Below, in pieces: positions 61,290-64,000 of a stretch of DNA of 64,000 bases. The notes under the pieces are model-generated. The model made no database searches. It saw only the letters and a program-made list of their open reading frames with translations, and was not told where the DNA came from. Source of the DNA: Hemiscyllium ocellatum (taxonomy: Eukaryota); contig NC_083409.1 in NCBI RefSeq assembly GCF_020745735.1, forward strand, positions 10,886,978 through 10,950,977, in the 5' to 3' direction. Each line of letters opens with the position of its first letter. Position 1 is the first letter of the stretch. The position numbers and the translations under genes are program-made.

Positions 61290-64000
61290 ATAAATAAGCA
61301 GTTTTGGAGAAAATATTTGGACTGAAATCTGATAAATCCCCATGGCGTAATAATCTTTATCTATGATTCCTAAAGGAGGTGGTCATGGGAATAATGGATA
61401 GTTTGCTTTCTATCTTCCACTCCTGATGATTGAATGGACAGATTTGAGAGCAGCAAATATAACCGCAGTATTTCCAAAGGAGGCAGGGAGAAAGCAAGGA
61501 ATTACAGTCTGCTTAGCACCAAAGAAGCAATCAGGACAATACTAGAGTCTATTAGAAAGTATGCTTTGCCAGGGAACTTTGAGAATTAAATTTGTTTGAA
61601 AGTGGTGAACATGGATCAAGTAAATGCCAAATTATTAAAGATGAATGATATTTGAGAAACCGATTGGGAAATAAATTATGGCGAAGTAATAGATGCAGTG
61701 AATTTGGATTTTCAGAAAATTTTTGTGAAGTCCCAAGCCTAGTGTTGTGAAAATGCTACTCTATTAACATGGTCATGCTATCCTTGTTTTTTTTTCATAG
61801 CCGTCTTAAAAGCAGTGTATCCGAAATGTCTGGGTTTGACTGCTCTAAAATAAAAGCACGTACAATAAGGAGCAAGCTACGTTAGTTCTGGTCCTGTGTA
61901 ATGAGACAGGAATAATTAATGACCTCATAGTTAGGAATCATGATCACAGTATGGTTGAATTTAAAATACAGTTGAGGAGTGTGAAGGTAAAATCTAATAC
62001 CAGGGTCCTGTGCTTAAACAAGGGACACTACAATAGAATGAGTGCGGACTTGACTAAATTCGACTGAAAACAAAGATTTTATAGTGAGAGTTGACGAGCA
62101 GTGGAGGATTTTCAAAGTCCTTAGCAAAAGTATATTTAGTGAAAAGGAAAGACTCTAGGAAAAGGGGTAATCTGCATTGGGGTCTAAGCAATAAGCGAGG
62201 CTACCAAGTTTAAAGAGAAGACATGCAAAGTGGCCAAGAACCGCAGGAAACTAGAAGATTTGAAAAACATCAAAGGTCAACAGAAAGCCACGAAAAAAGC
62301 TATAAAGAAAAGTAGGATAGAACACAAGAAAAAAAATTGCACAGAATATGAAAAGAGATCGCAGATGATTACCTAAATATATAAAATGAAAATGAGTGGC
62401 TAACATAAATGTTGGTCCTTTAGATGATGAGAAGGATATTTTGAAATGACCGGGGCATTGAGCAGGTATTTTGTATCAATCTTCCTAGTGGAAGACACTA
62501 ATAACATGCTAGTAATTGACAAAGAGATGAGGGTAGGTGAGGAAATGTCCGTAATCATTATTATGGAGGATATAGTGTTGGGTAAGCAAATGGATCTGAA
62601 GGCAGACAAGTACCCGAAGGAAATGCATCCCAGGGCACTGAACAAGATAGCGGGAGAAATATCAAGTGCAATTGTGATAATTTTCTAAAACTGGATGAAC
62701 TCTGAGGCAGTCCCAACAGTTTGGAAAACAACAAATGAGACACCACTGTTTAACAAGGCTGGTAGATTAAAAAAAAGGGAGTTATAAACCAGTTTGATTA
62801 ATCTGTGTAATTGGGAAGATGCTTGAGTGTATTATCAAGGGAGAAATAGCAAGACAGTTTGATAGAAATCGCCCCATTGCGCAGACACGGCATGGGTCCC
62901 TGAAGGACAGGTCATGTTTAACAAGTCTTTTGGAAATTTATGAAGACTGTATGAGCAAGGTAGACAATGCCGTCCCAGTGGATGTGGTGTATCTAGGTTT
63001 CCAAAAGGTCTTCGACAAGATGCCACACAATAGACTGCTGCAGAAGATAAAGATGGAAGACGTTATGGGTAAAGTATTAGTGTGGATAGAAAATTGGTTG
63101 ACTAACAGGAAGCAAAGGGTGGGTCTAAAGAGTGCTATTCATATTTGGAAATCAGTGACTAGTGGCATGCTTCAGGGATCAGTGTTTGGGCTGCAATTAA
63201 TCACAATTTATATAGATGATGTGGAGTTGGGAATATCCGTAGTTTGTCAAAGTTTACAAATGACACGAAGATGAGTGGCAGAGCAAAGTGTGCAGAGATC
63301 TATGAAACTTTTTAAGAGGAACACAGATACTTTGAGTGAGTAGGCAAATGTCTGGCAGGTGGAATACGATGTCAGTGAATGTAAATTCATCCATTTTGTT
63401 AGGAGTACCAGTAAAAAGGACTATTTCTTGAATGGTAAAAAGTTGCAGCATGCTGCTCTGCAGAGGGACCTGGGTGTCCATGTGCATGAATCACACAAGG
63501 TTAGTCTGCAGGTACAGCAAGTACTGAGGAAGGCAAATGCTATTTTGTCTTTCGTTGCTGAAGGAATTCAATTTAAAATCAGTTAAGCTATTTTGCAGCT
63601 GTATAGGATGTCTACGAGGCCACACCTGGAGTATTGTACGAAGTGTAAGCCGTCTTACTTGAGAAAGAATGTACTGGCACTGGATGGTGTGCAGAAGAGT
63701 TTCACTGGGTTTAATCCGGAGTTGAGAGATAATTTGTTGAATTTTACGATAGTTACGTTATTCTATCTGCAATCCTCTTGTGTTTATGTTTCATTCAGCT
63801 GCATCACTCCTGGAATATCTACCTTGCACCTGCTTAAGTCAATGAGCAAATGTTGGGTCTGCGCTACTTCCTTGAAATTATTAGAGGAGGTCTGTCCTGG
63901 CCCATAACAGTGTGTAACAGCTAGATCTAATATACTTGCATGGGTTGAGAATGGGAGAGTTTGAAGGAAAAAAGTGAATCAGTATAAACAGTTCCATATA
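61290..64000 (+). repeat. Duplicated CR1+LTR block paralogous to 47435-51830
   Basis: Shared start cagttttggagaaaatatttggactgaaatctgataaat, colinear CR1 body, shared LTR 3' end and shared downstream flank gatctaatata...gagaatgggagag. It lacks the PLE fold-back and most of the LTR. Confidence 0.8.

Overview
This is repeat-dense vertebrate genomic DNA from a cartilaginous fish, most likely a carpet or bamboo shark. That assignment rests on HE1-type tRNA-derived SINEs, many CR1 and L2-like LINE fragments, Penelope-like element (PLE) termini and a shark-type immunoglobulin light-chain exon. There is no prokaryotic content and no CRISPR array. The only clearly intact host coding exon is an Ig light-chain constant exon on the minus strand (16085-16413), resembling the nurse shark kappa/NS4 type. 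It lies in one of two old tandem copies of a 6-9 kb unit (about 2.4-11.6 kb and 15.5-21.6 kb). In the first copy the C exon was destroyed by a deletion of about 308 bp. I found no V exon, J segment or genuine RSS in the window. A signal-peptide-like exon with a phase-1 donor lies about 6 kb upstream of the intact C exon, so a V-less, C-only transcript is possible (speculative). Other notable items are complete minimal hammerhead-ribozyme motifs in PLE termini, including a 200-bp fold-back insertion with a target-site duplication; candidate regulatory modules (CTCF site, YY1 plus octamer, three CCAAT boxes exactly 31 bp apart, a CpG-rich promoter); a decayed intronless Ser/Thr kinase; a GPCR-like remnant; a Tx1/L1 insertion; and a second segmental duplication at the right end. 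Repeat boundaries are approximate because they were read by eye, and family names come from recalled motifs rather than database searches.
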